A stretch of 64,000 bases of DNA from Eubacteriales bacterium. Its GTDB lineage: Bacteria; Bacillota; Clostridia; Christensenellales; UBA1750. The first letter of the stretch is position 1. The number at the start of each line of letters is the position of its first letter. Under the pieces are notes generated by a model that worked only from the letters and a program-made list of their open reading frames with translations, was not told the DNA's origin and searched no databases. Position numbers and translations under genes: made by a program. This document shows positions 47,973 to 57,232 of the stretch, piece after piece. Location of the stretch: contig JAVBRD010000019.1 of assembly GCA_031548365.1 (NCBI GenBank), positions 84,511 through 148,510 on the forward strand, in the 5' to 3' direction.

Positions 47973-49931
47973 CTACTCCACGCGTCCCTCGGGCATCTGC
48001 GCGATGTGCAGCCCCGCCCAGCCATACGGCTTTAGGAGAATTTTCGTGATCTGCGCGGGGTCAATGCCGGGGAGTACGGGCGGGGGCGCGGCGGAGTTGC
48101 TTTTTTCGTGCCACGCGTGAACGGGCGCGCCCATCGCCTCGATGACCACGGGCATCGTTCCCGCGCCGAACGGGGTTTTAAGGCCGCCCCCGGCGGCTAC
48201 ATGCGTCTCAAACCCGCGATCGGGCAAAATGGCGTAATTCCACGGGGAAAGCGGGCGGATCTCGCGGTTGAGGTATTCGAGGTTGCCGCCCTCCGAAAGC
48301 CATTCCTCATCGATGTGGAGCGCAAAGAGAACAGGGCCGCGCATCACGGAGACCGACTGGTGGTACCACTTCTCGGTGCGCACATCCATGGGCAGGGAGA
48401 GCGTGATCTCCTCGCCTCCGTTAAACGCGCGGTCGACGACGGCGAAACCGCCCGCCGGCGCTTCGTAGACATCCCCCGCGCACGTCACATACGCGTCCTT
48501 CGCCCAGGCGGGGATGCGCAGCGAGAGCTTCATGGGCGTGGGGCCGCTTACGCCCACGCGGATGCGCACCTCGCCTTCAAAAGGGTACCCCGTGTCCACG
48601 GTGAGCGTGACGGGCTTGCCGCCCGCGCGCCAGCGCACGGAGCAGGGCGCGTAGGAGAGCGCGGCCAAGCCGTTCTCTCCGTCCGCCATCCACAGGTTGG
48701 CCGCGTACTTGGGCCAGCCTTGGTGCAGATTGGCCGTGCAGCAGCCGTAGTTAGGCTCGATGCCGAACACGTTGGCGTCCGGCCCGTTGTTGTACCAATC
48801 GCGCGGATCCACGGTGCACTTGATCTGGTTGGCCTGCTGAAGGTACTGATGGCCCATGCTGTCGGGCGTGAGCGTGCCGGGAAGCGCGTTGAACGCCAGA
48901 CGCTCCAGCGCGTCTCCCCACGCGGGATCGCCGGTGAGCGCGAAGAGCGTCTCAGCGGAGTACATCGCCTCCACCACCGCGCAGCACTCCGTTCCCTGGG
49001 ATGGCGACGCGCCCGACAAATGCTCATCGCCGTTGAAGAGACCGAACGCCGCGCCGTGGTGCTTCATGAGCTTTTCAAATCCCACGCGCGAACCGCTTTC
49101 ATCCTTGATATCACCTGTGAACGCATGCGCGAGCGCGGGGTACTTCAGCGCCATGGCGTTGTTGACGACATGCGTGAAATGGTACTGCCGCACCGCGAAA
49201 GCGCGCTCCTCGGGCCTAATTTCGCGACCCTCGGCATCCACGCCGCTCTTGCGCGGCCGAAGATCGGTTTTCCACGGAAGGATCTTGGCCGTGGGGCGCG
49301 CGTACGGGAACGCGTGGAAGTTTCCCGTCCAGTCCAGCGAGAGGCGCAGGATCTTTTTCGCCAGATCGAGCAGGAACGTCTTGCCCGTGAGCGCGTACAG
49401 CGGCATGAGCGTCACGAGGTTCTCCGCGCCGCGCGCCATCGCCCAATCTGCAAGGGGGCGCTCGTCCAGGTTGTTCGCCATGTACGCGAAGTATTTGACC
49501 ATGAACACGGGCACGCGCTTGTCCGCGCTGGCGGTGTAATATTGCCAAAGTACCTTGAGCATGATCGCGCGCGGCCACCAGTCGAGGTTCTTCTCCGGAC
49601 CGAAGAAGCCGTCCTCGCGCTGGCTCTGAAGCGACCATTCCACCCACCTTTGCGCGCGGGCAATCATGGCTTCGTCGCGGAGCAGGTACGCGAGCGGAAG
49701 GTAGCCGTCGAGATAGTACGGGCCGCGTTCCCAGCCTTCACCCTCTCCGCCCAGCCACGCGGACGCGTCGGATACGTCCGGCCAGAACCCGCACAGGCGG
49801 CCCGTGATGCCGTCGGCCATCACGCGCAGCTGTTTTTTGAGCCATCCGCGCGGGAGCGTCGCGCCCAAGGGAAGCGGTGAGAAGCGGGCGGGCGCGAGCG
49901 GAGTACGTGTGAAGTGAGATGAGCGCAGCAT
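47973..49931 (-). CDS. Glycoside hydrolase family 127 (DUF1680, beta-L-arabinofuranosidase HypBA1-like), cytoplasmic
   Basis: 652 aa with the Zn/Cys catalytic signatures GTECCAVV and NYGCCTANLHQGW. Confidence 0.8.
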   Translation of the reverse strand: MLRSSHFTRTPLAPARFSPLPLGATLPRGWLKKQLRVMADGITGRLCGFWPDVSDASAWLGGEGEGWERGPYYLDGYLPLAYLLRDEAMIARAQRWVEWSLQSQREDGFFGPEKNLDWWPRAIMLKVLWQYYTASADKRVPVFMVKYFAYMANNLDERPLADWAMARGAENLVTLMPLYALTGKTFLLDLAKKILRLSLDWTGNFHAFPYARPTAKILPWKTDLRPRKSGVDAEGREIRPEERAFAVRQYHFTHVVNNAMALKYPALAHAFTGDIKDESGSRVGFEKLMKHHGAAFGLFNGDEHLSGASPSQGTECCAVVEAMYSAETLFALTGDPAWGDALERLAFNALPGTLTPDSMGHQYLQQANQIKCTVDPRDWYNNGPDANVFGIEPNYGCCTANLHQGWPKYAANLWMADGENGLAALSYAPCSVRWRAGGKPVTLTVDTGYPFEGEVRIRVGVSGPTPMKLSLRIPAWAKDAYVTCAGDVYEAPAGGFAVVDRAFNGGEEITLSLPMDVRTEKWYHQSVSVMRGPVLFALHIDEEWLSEGGNLEYLNREIRPLSPWNYAILPDRGFETHVAAGGGLKTPFGAGTMPVVIEAMGAPVHAWHEKSNSAAPPPVLPGIDPAQITKILLKPYGWAGLHIAQMPEGRVE

Positions 49932-49968
49932 GTGTATACCCCTTTCTTATGCGGCGGAATGCGCTTGA

Positions 49969-51036
49969 TTACAATCTGCATTCCCGCGCGATGAGCGGGC
50001 TTAAGCCGCCGCCGCTCATTGTGTTTGTGACAAACCCGACCGCCAGCCCGCTTTCGGGCTCGGCAAAACCAAAGGAGCCCCCGTAGCCTTGCGAGCCAAA
50101 CGCGCCGGGCGCGGCGCCGATGATGTCGGAATGACCCGCCACGTTATAGCCCAGGCCGCGTGTGATGGGCGTGCCGTCATTCAGGAGGAACGGCCTGGAC
50201 GCGCGCGCGACCGTTTCGCCGGACAGGAGCCGGACGCCATCCGCGCCCCACGGGAGAAGGGACGCGAAGTGCCGCGCGACGGCCCGCGCCGTCATGATGC
50301 CGTTGGACGCCGGAAAGCACGCGCGCTGCGTGGCCGGGATGTTGGCCCAGTCCTCAAGCGGCAGCACGATGTCGGGGATGGCGGGCGTACCCGCGGACAC
50401 AATCCGCTCTCCCTCGCGCGACGACGCCTCAAGCACCGCCACGCGCGGGCGCTCCTCGTCCGGCAGACCGATGTACATTTCGTTCCGCGCGCCCAGCGGG
50501 GCCGCGATATTCTCCCGCACGAACGCGCCGATGTCCATGCCGCTCGCGCGGCGGACGATCTCGCCTGTCAGCCAGCCGTAGGTGATCGCGTGATACTCCA
50601 TCATCTCCCCAGGCGCGGAGCGAGGCCTGAGCGCGGCGACGCGCGCGCACATGTCCTCCCAGTCGTTAAGCATCTCCGCCGATATGCCTTCCGGTATCTG
50701 AGGCACGCCGCACGTGTGGCTGAGCACGTGCGCTATGGTCACGCCTTGCTTGCCGTTTACGGCGAATTCCGGCCACAAGTCGCACAACGGCTGGTCGTAA
50801 CGGATTTTTCCCCGCTCCGCCAGCATGTGCACGGCGGTCGCCGCCATCCCCTTGGTGACGGAAAACACGGGGAAGAGCGTGTCCTCCCCGATCCTCCCGC
50901 CCCCCGCCGAAGGCGCCCCCGCGCAGCAGCTCGCGACCGGTTCCCCCCGCAGGTACACGGCGATCTGGCCGCCGCGAAGCCTTTGCTCCCCGACAAGGCG
51001 GTCCAGGACGCCCTGCAAACGCTTTTGTGTGTCCAA
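49969..51036 (-). CDS. Serine hydrolase of the beta-lactamase/transpeptidase fold (class C-like esterase)
   Basis: SxxK motif FSVTKG, a YxN-like YHA, and overall beta-lactamase-related length. Confidence 0.75.
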   Translation of the reverse strand: MDTQKRLQGVLDRLVGEQRLRGGQIAVYLRGEPVASCCAGAPSAGGGRIGEDTLFPVFSVTKGMAATAVHMLAERGKIRYDQPLCDLWPEFAVNGKQGVTIAHVLSHTCGVPQIPEGISAEMLNDWEDMCARVAALRPRSAPGEMMEYHAITYGWLTGEIVRRASGMDIGAFVRENIAAPLGARNEMYIGLPDEERPRVAVLEASSREGERIVSAGTPAIPDIVLPLEDWANIPATQRACFPASNGIMTARAVARHFASLLPWGADGVRLLSGETVARASRPFLLNDGTPITRGLGYNVAGHSDIIGAAPGAFGSQGYGGSFGFAEPESGLAVGFVTNTMSGGGLSPLIARECRL

Positions 51037-51239
51037 TAATTCTCTCTCCCTTGCTTAAGTCAGCGATGAATCAGTCGGGGCGCGTGGCACGCCGGCTGAT
51101 CCACCGGACCAACCGGTTGGGTTCCATGTGCCGCAAAGTCCCGAATAGAACGCCGCGTTCATGTCCAAAGAACCTGCGCGATCTTTGAGCATCTCCGGGG
51201 CGGGACGACAGGACGCGTGCCGAATCAATCACGGGTTGC

Positions 51240-53504
51240 TCAGACGATCTCGCGCGTTCCGTCGGGATAGACGATGGTCACAGGCACGCCCTCAGGCGCG
51301 CGGACGCTGACGCTGAGCTTGTCGCCCTCGGCCGTCCACGCGACGGACACGGGCCCCTTGGGCGTGACGGCCGTGCCGCTCGCCGATGTCAGCCGCAGCG
51401 GGTGGGGCCGCACCTCGATGGCCTCCCAGCCGGGCTCCGCGGGGCGCACGCCCAGCACGCACGCGGGGAACTCGTAGAGCGCGAGCGCGCCCCAAGCATG
51501 GCAGTCGCTTCGGGTGCCGCCGCCCGGTATTTCGGGAATGGTCGTCAGGTGATCCGGGATGAGGTCGCGCCACATCGCCCATTGATCCCACGTCTCGCCG
51601 TACGCGCCGCACATCTCAAGCGCGCGGAAAACGAAGTACTGCCACGCGAACGAGCACCCGGCGAGCGAAGGATCGCTGAGCGCGCGCTTCATGAGCCGCT
51701 TCGCGCCATCCCCGCGCGCAAACCCCGTGAGCACGGCGTATACCTGCGCGTGCTGGGTGAACTCATCTCCCGTGACGCCCTCGCGCAGCATCTTCTTCTC
51801 GGGCGACCAATGGTATGCCTTGACCGCCGAGAGAACGCGCGCGGCGCGGCGCTCGTATTCGTTCGCGACGCCCGGGCGGTCCGTACGGCGAAAAATGTCC
51901 GCGGCCGCCTGAAGCGCGGAGACGTACATCAAATTATGCGTCGCGCTCGAGCCGGTGAGCGACGCGTCGCAGCGCCCCGCCGCGCGGCCCCACGCGTCCA
52001 CCCAGTCGATGAAGTCCCAGTACCCCACGTTCTCCACCAGCCCGAGCGCGCCGATCTTGCGGTCGTAATAGTCGAGGATGGCGTCGACCGTGGGGCGGTA
52101 GCGGCGGAGGACGTCGCGGTCGCCGGTCTGGATGAAATACTCAAGCACCATGTGGATGAAGTGGAGAGAAAACGGCGGGATAACCTGCGGCACCTGGCAC
52201 GGGTACCGCGATTGCGTGAGCCCGCACGGGAGGAGCGACGCGTGATAGTCCTCGATCGCGCGCAGCGCCATGCGTGTGTCCCCGCTCGCGCGGTAGGTGA
52301 ACAGCATCTGAAGCCGGGTATCCGCGGTGTACTGGAGCTGCTCGTAATACGGGCAGTCTTCATATGTCTCGTGCATGCAGCGCGCGAGCGTGCGAGCGCT
52401 CAGGTCGTAGACATCGCCCACCCACTTCTCCGGGCACGATATGCTTGAGTGGATCCCGAGGGGGTAGCCGGTGTGCGCAAACTCCGGCAGCGATATGGCC
52501 AGCGGCTCACCCGCCGTTTGAATCTCCAGGCGGACAAAGCGGAACGTCCGGAACGAGAACGGCTCGTATGCCCGCTCGCCTCCGTCGGTGACAAACACAT
52601 CCTCGTGACCGATGAGCTCGAACGCCCGGGTGTCGTCGCGCCTGCCCTTGATCCATTTCCCGTTCTCCCGCCGTGAGTAGCACTCCGCGTAGCGCGTCAC
52701 AACGCGCGTGCCCGCGCCGCCCGACATTTGCGTACGGATATACGCCGTGACGAGCTCGCCCGCGTCCAGCTCTACGGCCGCCAGCGTGTTCGCGGGAATC
52801 ACGGCGCGCCTCTCTTTGAGCAGCCCGATCGGCGCAAAAGCGTCCTCGCGGCGAGGCATCTCGGCGGCAAACCGGCCTTTGGTTTCCTCCGGCATGGGTA
52901 TGGGGCGCGGAAGCAGGGGAAACACGGGAACGACGCCGTACATCGCGCAGTGCGCAGCCTCGCCGGGAAAGAGCGGGATGACCGCGTCGCCATCGCCCTT
53001 CGGCGCTTTGGACGCGTCGACAATCTCAAGCCCGCCCAGCCACAACGTCAGCTGCGACGACTTCCAGCCGACCGACTCATCGTGCGCCGCGCGCCAGTTG
53101 GCCGCGCCCGTGGTCACGTCAACCCCGCCGCACGCGCCCGATACGTACAGACAGGGGCCGACCGCGCGGGCCATGGACCAATCCGGCCCTTTGTCCGCAT
53201 CCGTCGTGGCCTCCGTGGGCGGGAACGCGACGACGCGCGCACGCAGGACGTTCTCGCCCTTCTTTAAGAAAGGGCCGATGTCGACTTCATCGTAAAAATG
53301 TCGCCAGCGGTCGCCTTTGCAAGGGCCGGCCGCGGCGCGCGCGCCATTGACCTCCAGCTTATAGCGGCTGGACGCGCTCAGGGCGATGACCGCGTCCCCG
53401 CCGCCGTACACAAAGCGCAGCGTAAAAACCGCGGTCCTGATCTTTCCCGAAGGCCCCTCGCAACCCTTTGAGGCCACCCATCGCGCCGTTTTGCTGAGAT
53501 CCAT
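51240..53504 (-). CDS. GH78-like alpha-L-rhamnosidase (six-hairpin glycosidase), cytoplasmic
   Basis: Bac_rhamnosid6H-type signature HETYEDCPYYEQLQYTADTRLQ, and an (alpha/alpha)6 region. I placed the start at MDLSK after a GGAGGG RBS. Confidence 0.7.
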   Translation of the reverse strand: MDLSKTARWVASKGCEGPSGKIRTAVFTLRFVYGGGDAVIALSASSRYKLEVNGARAAAGPCKGDRWRHFYDEVDIGPFLKKGENVLRARVVAFPPTEATTDADKGPDWSMARAVGPCLYVSGACGGVDVTTGAANWRAAHDESVGWKSSQLTLWLGGLEIVDASKAPKGDGDAVIPLFPGEAAHCAMYGVVPVFPLLPRPIPMPEETKGRFAAEMPRREDAFAPIGLLKERRAVIPANTLAAVELDAGELVTAYIRTQMSGGAGTRVVTRYAECYSRRENGKWIKGRRDDTRAFELIGHEDVFVTDGGERAYEPFSFRTFRFVRLEIQTAGEPLAISLPEFAHTGYPLGIHSSISCPEKWVGDVYDLSARTLARCMHETYEDCPYYEQLQYTADTRLQMLFTYRASGDTRMALRAIEDYHASLLPCGLTQSRYPCQVPQVIPPFSLHFIHMVLEYFIQTGDRDVLRRYRPTVDAILDYYDRKIGALGLVENVGYWDFIDWVDAWGRAAGRCDASLTGSSATHNLMYVSALQAAADIFRRTDRPGVANEYERRAARVLSAVKAYHWSPEKKMLREGVTGDEFTQHAQVYAVLTGFARGDGAKRLMKRALSDPSLAGCSFAWQYFVFRALEMCGAYGETWDQWAMWRDLIPDHLTTIPEIPGGGTRSDCHAWGALALYEFPACVLGVRPAEPGWEAIEVRPHPLRLTSASGTAVTPKGPVSVAWTAEGDKLSVSVRAPEGVPVTIVYPDGTREIV

Positions 53505-53641
53505 GGCATTAACCCTCCCGCACTCACTGATCGGCGAACGCACCCCGCGATCCCCATTATATCACAAGCCGCGCTAGAACAGGAGTTACCGCGCGTGCCG
53601 TCGAAGCATCGCACTTAGAAAAATTCGCGGGAGTGGCGCTT

Positions 53642-54649
53642 ATGTTCTATACGATCATGGACTCGCTGTGCGCTGTGTACGACAGCATTCAAAAGACGCA
53701 CGCGTTTGCCGCGCTAACGCGGGAGGAGCACGCGGCGTGGAAACGCAGCGCCCGCGCGCGGCTGACCGAGATCAGCGGCCTGGACCTGTGCCGCGCATGC
53801 GCGCCAAACGCGCGCTTGACCGGGGACGCGGACGCCGGAGGGCTCGCGGGCGAGCTGTGGACGATCGACACCGAGCCGGGCGTGACCATGCCTTTCTGGC
53901 GGTTTGCGCCCGATGCGCCGAACGGCGCGGCGGTCATTCTCCCGCACGGCCACGGGGGCGGCAAAGAGACGTGCCTGTGGCTCAAGACCGGGGGAGAACA
54001 CGTCATATCGCTGTTGACCCGTGAGGGTTACACCGTGTTCTGCCCCGACGCGCGCGGCTCGGGCGACCGCCGCGAGGCGAAGCAGCAGGAAGGCGACCTG
54101 CGCGCCAACTCCCACCGCGCGATCATGCACATGATGATCGGCTTCGGCGGCGCGCCCATCGGCCCCATGGTGTGGGATCTGATGCGGCTTTTGGATCACG
54201 TCGAGAAGCAGCCAGGCATCGACCCCGCGCGCATCGCATGCTCGGGTATGTCGGGCGGGGGGCAGCAGACGCTCTGGCTGGCGGCGCTGGACGACCGGGT
54301 GCGCGCGGCCATCACCAGCGGCTACTTCTACGGCGTCAAGGAATCACTCTTGATGCTCCCGGACAACTGCGACTGCAATTTCGTCCCGTTTTTCTGGCGC
54401 ACCATGGACATGGGCGACATGGGCGCGATGATCGCGCCGCGCGCGCTCCACATCGAGAGCGGGCGCTTTGACCCCCTGTGCGGCGCTTCGGGCGTGGAAA
54501 ACGTCTATCCGCAGGTTGAGACGGCGCGCCGGGCGTACGCGCTGTTCGGCGCGGAGGACCGCCTTGTTCATCGCGTGTACGAGGGCAAACACGAGTGGTT
54601 CGGGCATCACGCGCTGCCCTTCCTGCGCGGGCAGCTGGGCGCGCGGTAA
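53642..54649 (+). CDS. Alpha/beta hydrolase (acetyl-esterase / dienelactone-hydrolase-like)
   Basis: Nucleophile elbow CSGMSGGG, oxyanion HGHGG. Start taken at MFYTIMD after a GGGAGTGG RBS. Confidence 0.75.
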   Translation: MFYTIMDSLCAVYDSIQKTHAFAALTREEHAAWKRSARARLTEISGLDLCRACAPNARLTGDADAGGLAGELWTIDTEPGVTMPFWRFAPDAPNGAAVILPHGHGGGKETCLWLKTGGEHVISLLTREGYTVFCPDARGSGDRREAKQQEGDLRANSHRAIMHMMIGFGGAPIGPMVWDLMRLLDHVEKQPGIDPARIACSGMSGGGQQTLWLAALDDRVRAAITSGYFYGVKESLLMLPDNCDCNFVPFFWRTMDMGDMGAMIAPRALHIESGRFDPLCGASGVENVYPQVETARRAYALFGAEDRLVHRVYEGKHEWFGHHALPFLRGQLGAR

Positions 54650-54739
54650 ATCCGCGGGGCGCACCGCCTCATGCGGCTGAAACCTGCCCGTCGGCAAAGC
54701 CAGAACCCGGCCCCATCGTGCTTGGCTCCTGAGAACCGC

Positions 54740-54830
54740 CTGGAAATACGCGGGTTCTTTTGACAAAACGCGGCGTGGGATTTTACGACATGCGCGCCAA
54801 ACCCCACGCTTTCGATTGGCTCGGATGACG
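54740..54830. repeat. Copy C of the dispersed intergenic repeat
   Basis: acgcgggttcttttgacaaaacgcggcgtgggattttacgacatgcgcgccaaaccccacgctttcgatt, best match to copy B2 including the imperfect palindrome. Confidence 0.6.
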
Positions 54831-54924
54831 AACCTGAGCGTCAGCGATGGGTTTGTCATCACGCTGAATCGCCGCAGAACGGCGCGGGGGATGGCCACGG
54901 CCCGCCTTAGTTTTGCGGCGGTGG

Positions 54925-54953
54925 TTGCTTTTTCCGTTTGCTTGCTATAGAAT
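54925..54953 (+). promoter_or_regulatory. Sigma-A-type promoter for the membrane-protein / MFS / rhamnosidase genes
   Basis: TTGCTT, a 17-nt spacer, then TAGAAT, about 65 nt upstream of the TTG start at 55020. Confidence 0.5.
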
Positions 54954-55019
54954 GTGATCATGCACTTCCGCCATCATTTTTTTCTATTCGATGCGTAAGC
55001 AAACTCAAGGGGGATCACT

Positions 55020-55982
55020 TTGAGGAGCAAATCAAAGGCTTCAGGCCGCGCGCACATCGTGCCCGCGGTACTTTCCATTGGCTGCTTTATCGTCGCCGGA
55101 CTTCTGTTTTCCGCGTGGTTCTTAAACGACGCGGCGACGGCGTACTTCGCGGTGGTCAACCGCGCGGTGACCGGCTATGCCACACCCAGCGCGGATTCCG
55201 CGCTGATGAACTTGCTGCCCGGTTTCGTCATGCTGCTCGTGATTGCGGCGGCGATGGGCGCGTATCTGCTGGTGCTCAAGCAAAAAGAACCCGACACGAT
55301 CATTGATTTCTTCATCAAGCTGATGTTCGGTGCGGCAGTCGCGCAGATCGTTATTGGGCTGTTCGCCATGTTGGGCGTATCGGCGGCGTTCCTTAAGCCC
55401 ATGCCCGCCGGCATGGCTTCGCTCGTGGCCTTGTGGTTTTTCACCGTTATGAGCGGGGGCGGGTTCCGGTTTTCTCGCCCGCTCGGCTACATCACATGCG
55501 GCGCGGCGCTCCTGCTCTGCGCGTTCAGCATGATCGGCGGTTTCCCCCGCTTTGGCAGCGTGGTGGCCGTGCTGATCATCCTGCCCATGCTCGACGCGCG
55601 CAGGAAACAACAGCTGGTGTTCCTCGCGGTCGGCCTCGCGGGCGCGTTGATTGCGGACTTGCTCTTCGCGTTTGGCGACGCATCGGTCTCGCAGATCCCC
55701 CTGTCACGCTTTGCGATCATTTTCTCCTTCGGCTCGGCCGTGACGTGCGCGTGCCTGTTCGTCGAAGGCCGCCAGCGGCTCAACGCGCTTCTTCTGGCGA
55801 TGTTCACGGCCATGGCGCTCACGCTCATTTATGTCATCAAGCGCCCCGAAATCATGTATCAGGCCATCGAGGCCGGCCTTGGGTTCTCGCTCATCTTTTT
55901 GACCGTGGTTTTCCTCGCCCCCATGTTCGCCGGACACGATGCCGCGCCCGAGCTTGCGCAGTCTCCCACGCTGGATGCTTAA
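55020..55982 (+). CDS. Hypothetical polytopic membrane protein
   Basis: About 8 to 9 predicted TM helices. TTG start 6 nt after an AAGGGGGAT RBS. I recognise no family. Confidence 0.55.
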   Translation: MRSKSKASGRAHIVPAVLSIGCFIVAGLLFSAWFLNDAATAYFAVVNRAVTGYATPSADSALMNLLPGFVMLLVIAAAMGAYLLVLKQKEPDTIIDFFIKLMFGAAVAQIVIGLFAMLGVSAAFLKPMPAGMASLVALWFFTVMSGGGFRFSRPLGYITCGAALLLCAFSMIGGFPRFGSVVAVLIILPMLDARRKQQLVFLAVGLAGALIADLLFAFGDASVSQIPLSRFAIIFSFGSAVTCACLFVEGRQRLNALLLAMFTAMALTLIYVIKRPEIMYQAIEAGLGFSLIFLTVVFLAPMFAGHDAAPELAQSPTLDA

Positions 55983-57228
55983 GAGTTACCGCGCCACGAC
56001 CGTGGCGTGCTGCATGGGGAATTTCGCGCTTGCGCTCATCGTCAACTTTCTGCCGGTCATCTTCATTCCCCTTCGCGAACAGTTCGGGCTTTCCTTTGAG
56101 AAGCTCGGTCTGCTGGTGGGCATCAATTTCGTGACGCAGGTCGTCACCGATTTGACTTTCAGCCGCGTCGCCGACCGCTACGGCGCGCGGCCTTTTGTTG
56201 TGGGCGGGCTTGTGCTTTGCTCCGCGGGCATCGTGCTGCTCGCTGTGTGCGGGCTGACGATGCAAAACCCCTACCCCGGCTTTGTCGCGGCAACCATGCT
56301 CTATTCGTGCGGCGGCGGCCTGATGGAGCTTCTTCTCTCGCCCATCGTGGACGCCATCCCGACAGACGAAAAAACGACCGCGATGAGCATTCTCCACTCG
56401 TTCTATGCGTGGGGGCAAGTGGCCGTGGTTTTGCTCACGACGTGCGCGCTTCTTGTGTTTTCCGCCGCTTCATGGCCCTACGTGGCGCTTTGCTGGGCGG
56501 TCGTCCCGCTCGCCAACGCCGTGCTGTTCACGCGCGTGCCCATCGCGCCCCAGCTGCCCGCCGAAACGCGCATGCCGGTGCGCGTTCTGCTCGCGCAAAA
56601 AGCGTTCATCATCGGGCTGTTCGTCATCACGTTCTCCGGCATGTCCGAAGTCGCCATGTCTCAGTGGGCGTCCGCCACAATGGAAAAAGCGCTCGGGCTG
56701 TCCAAGGTCGCCGGAGATATCGCGGGGCTGTGCATGTTCGGCGTGATGCTGGGCGTGGGCCGCATGCTTTACGGCATCTTCGGCGCGCGGGTGCGCGTAT
56801 ACCGCGTGATGGTGCTCGGTGCGGCCATGGCCATCGTGTGCTACCTCACGGTTTCGCTCGTGATGTGGCCCCCGCTCGCGCTCGCCGCGTGCGCCCTGAC
56901 CGGCATCGCCGTCAGCCTCCTTTGGCCGGGCTCGCTCTCCCTCGCGTCACGCCGTTTCCCGCTGGCGGGCGTGAGCATGTTCGCGATCATGGCAGCGGGG
57001 GGGGACATCGGCGCGGCGGCCGGGCCGACCATCATCGGGTTTCTGGCCGACCGCCTCCCGCTCATCCCCGCATTTCGCTCCATCATGGACGCGGCGTCGC
57101 TCACCCCGGAGGCGTTCGGTCTCAGGGCCGCGCTATTCGTCGCGACCGTGTTCCCCGTGTGCGCGCTCGTCGGCCTGATCGCGCTTGAGCGCGGCGGAGA
57201 GGAACGGGAGCTTGAAACGAAGGGATGA
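55975..57228 (+). CDS. MFS transporter
   Basis: Twelve TM helices with the MFS loop motif SRVADRYGARP. Start taken at MLKSYRATT. Confidence 0.75.
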   Translation: MLKSYRATTVACCMGNFALALIVNFLPVIFIPLREQFGLSFEKLGLLVGINFVTQVVTDLTFSRVADRYGARPFVVGGLVLCSAGIVLLAVCGLTMQNPYPGFVAATMLYSCGGGLMELLLSPIVDAIPTDEKTTAMSILHSFYAWGQVAVVLLTTCALLVFSAASWPYVALCWAVVPLANAVLFTRVPIAPQLPAETRMPVRVLLAQKAFIIGLFVITFSGMSEVAMSQWASATMEKALGLSKVAGDIAGLCMFGVMLGVGRMLYGIFGARVRVYRVMVLGAAMAIVCYLTVSLVMWPPLALAACALTGIAVSLLWPGSLSLASRRFPLAGVSMFAIMAAGGDIGAAAGPTIIGFLADRLPLIPAFRSIMDAASLTPEAFGLRAALFVATVFPVCALVGLIALERGGEERELETKG

Positions 57229-57232
57229 TCAC

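Noticed and set aside
45057-49880. Long antisense ORFs opposite lhr (551 aa) and GH127 (590 aa)
   Set aside because: Same high-GC antisense artefact. The sense genes have clear family signatures.
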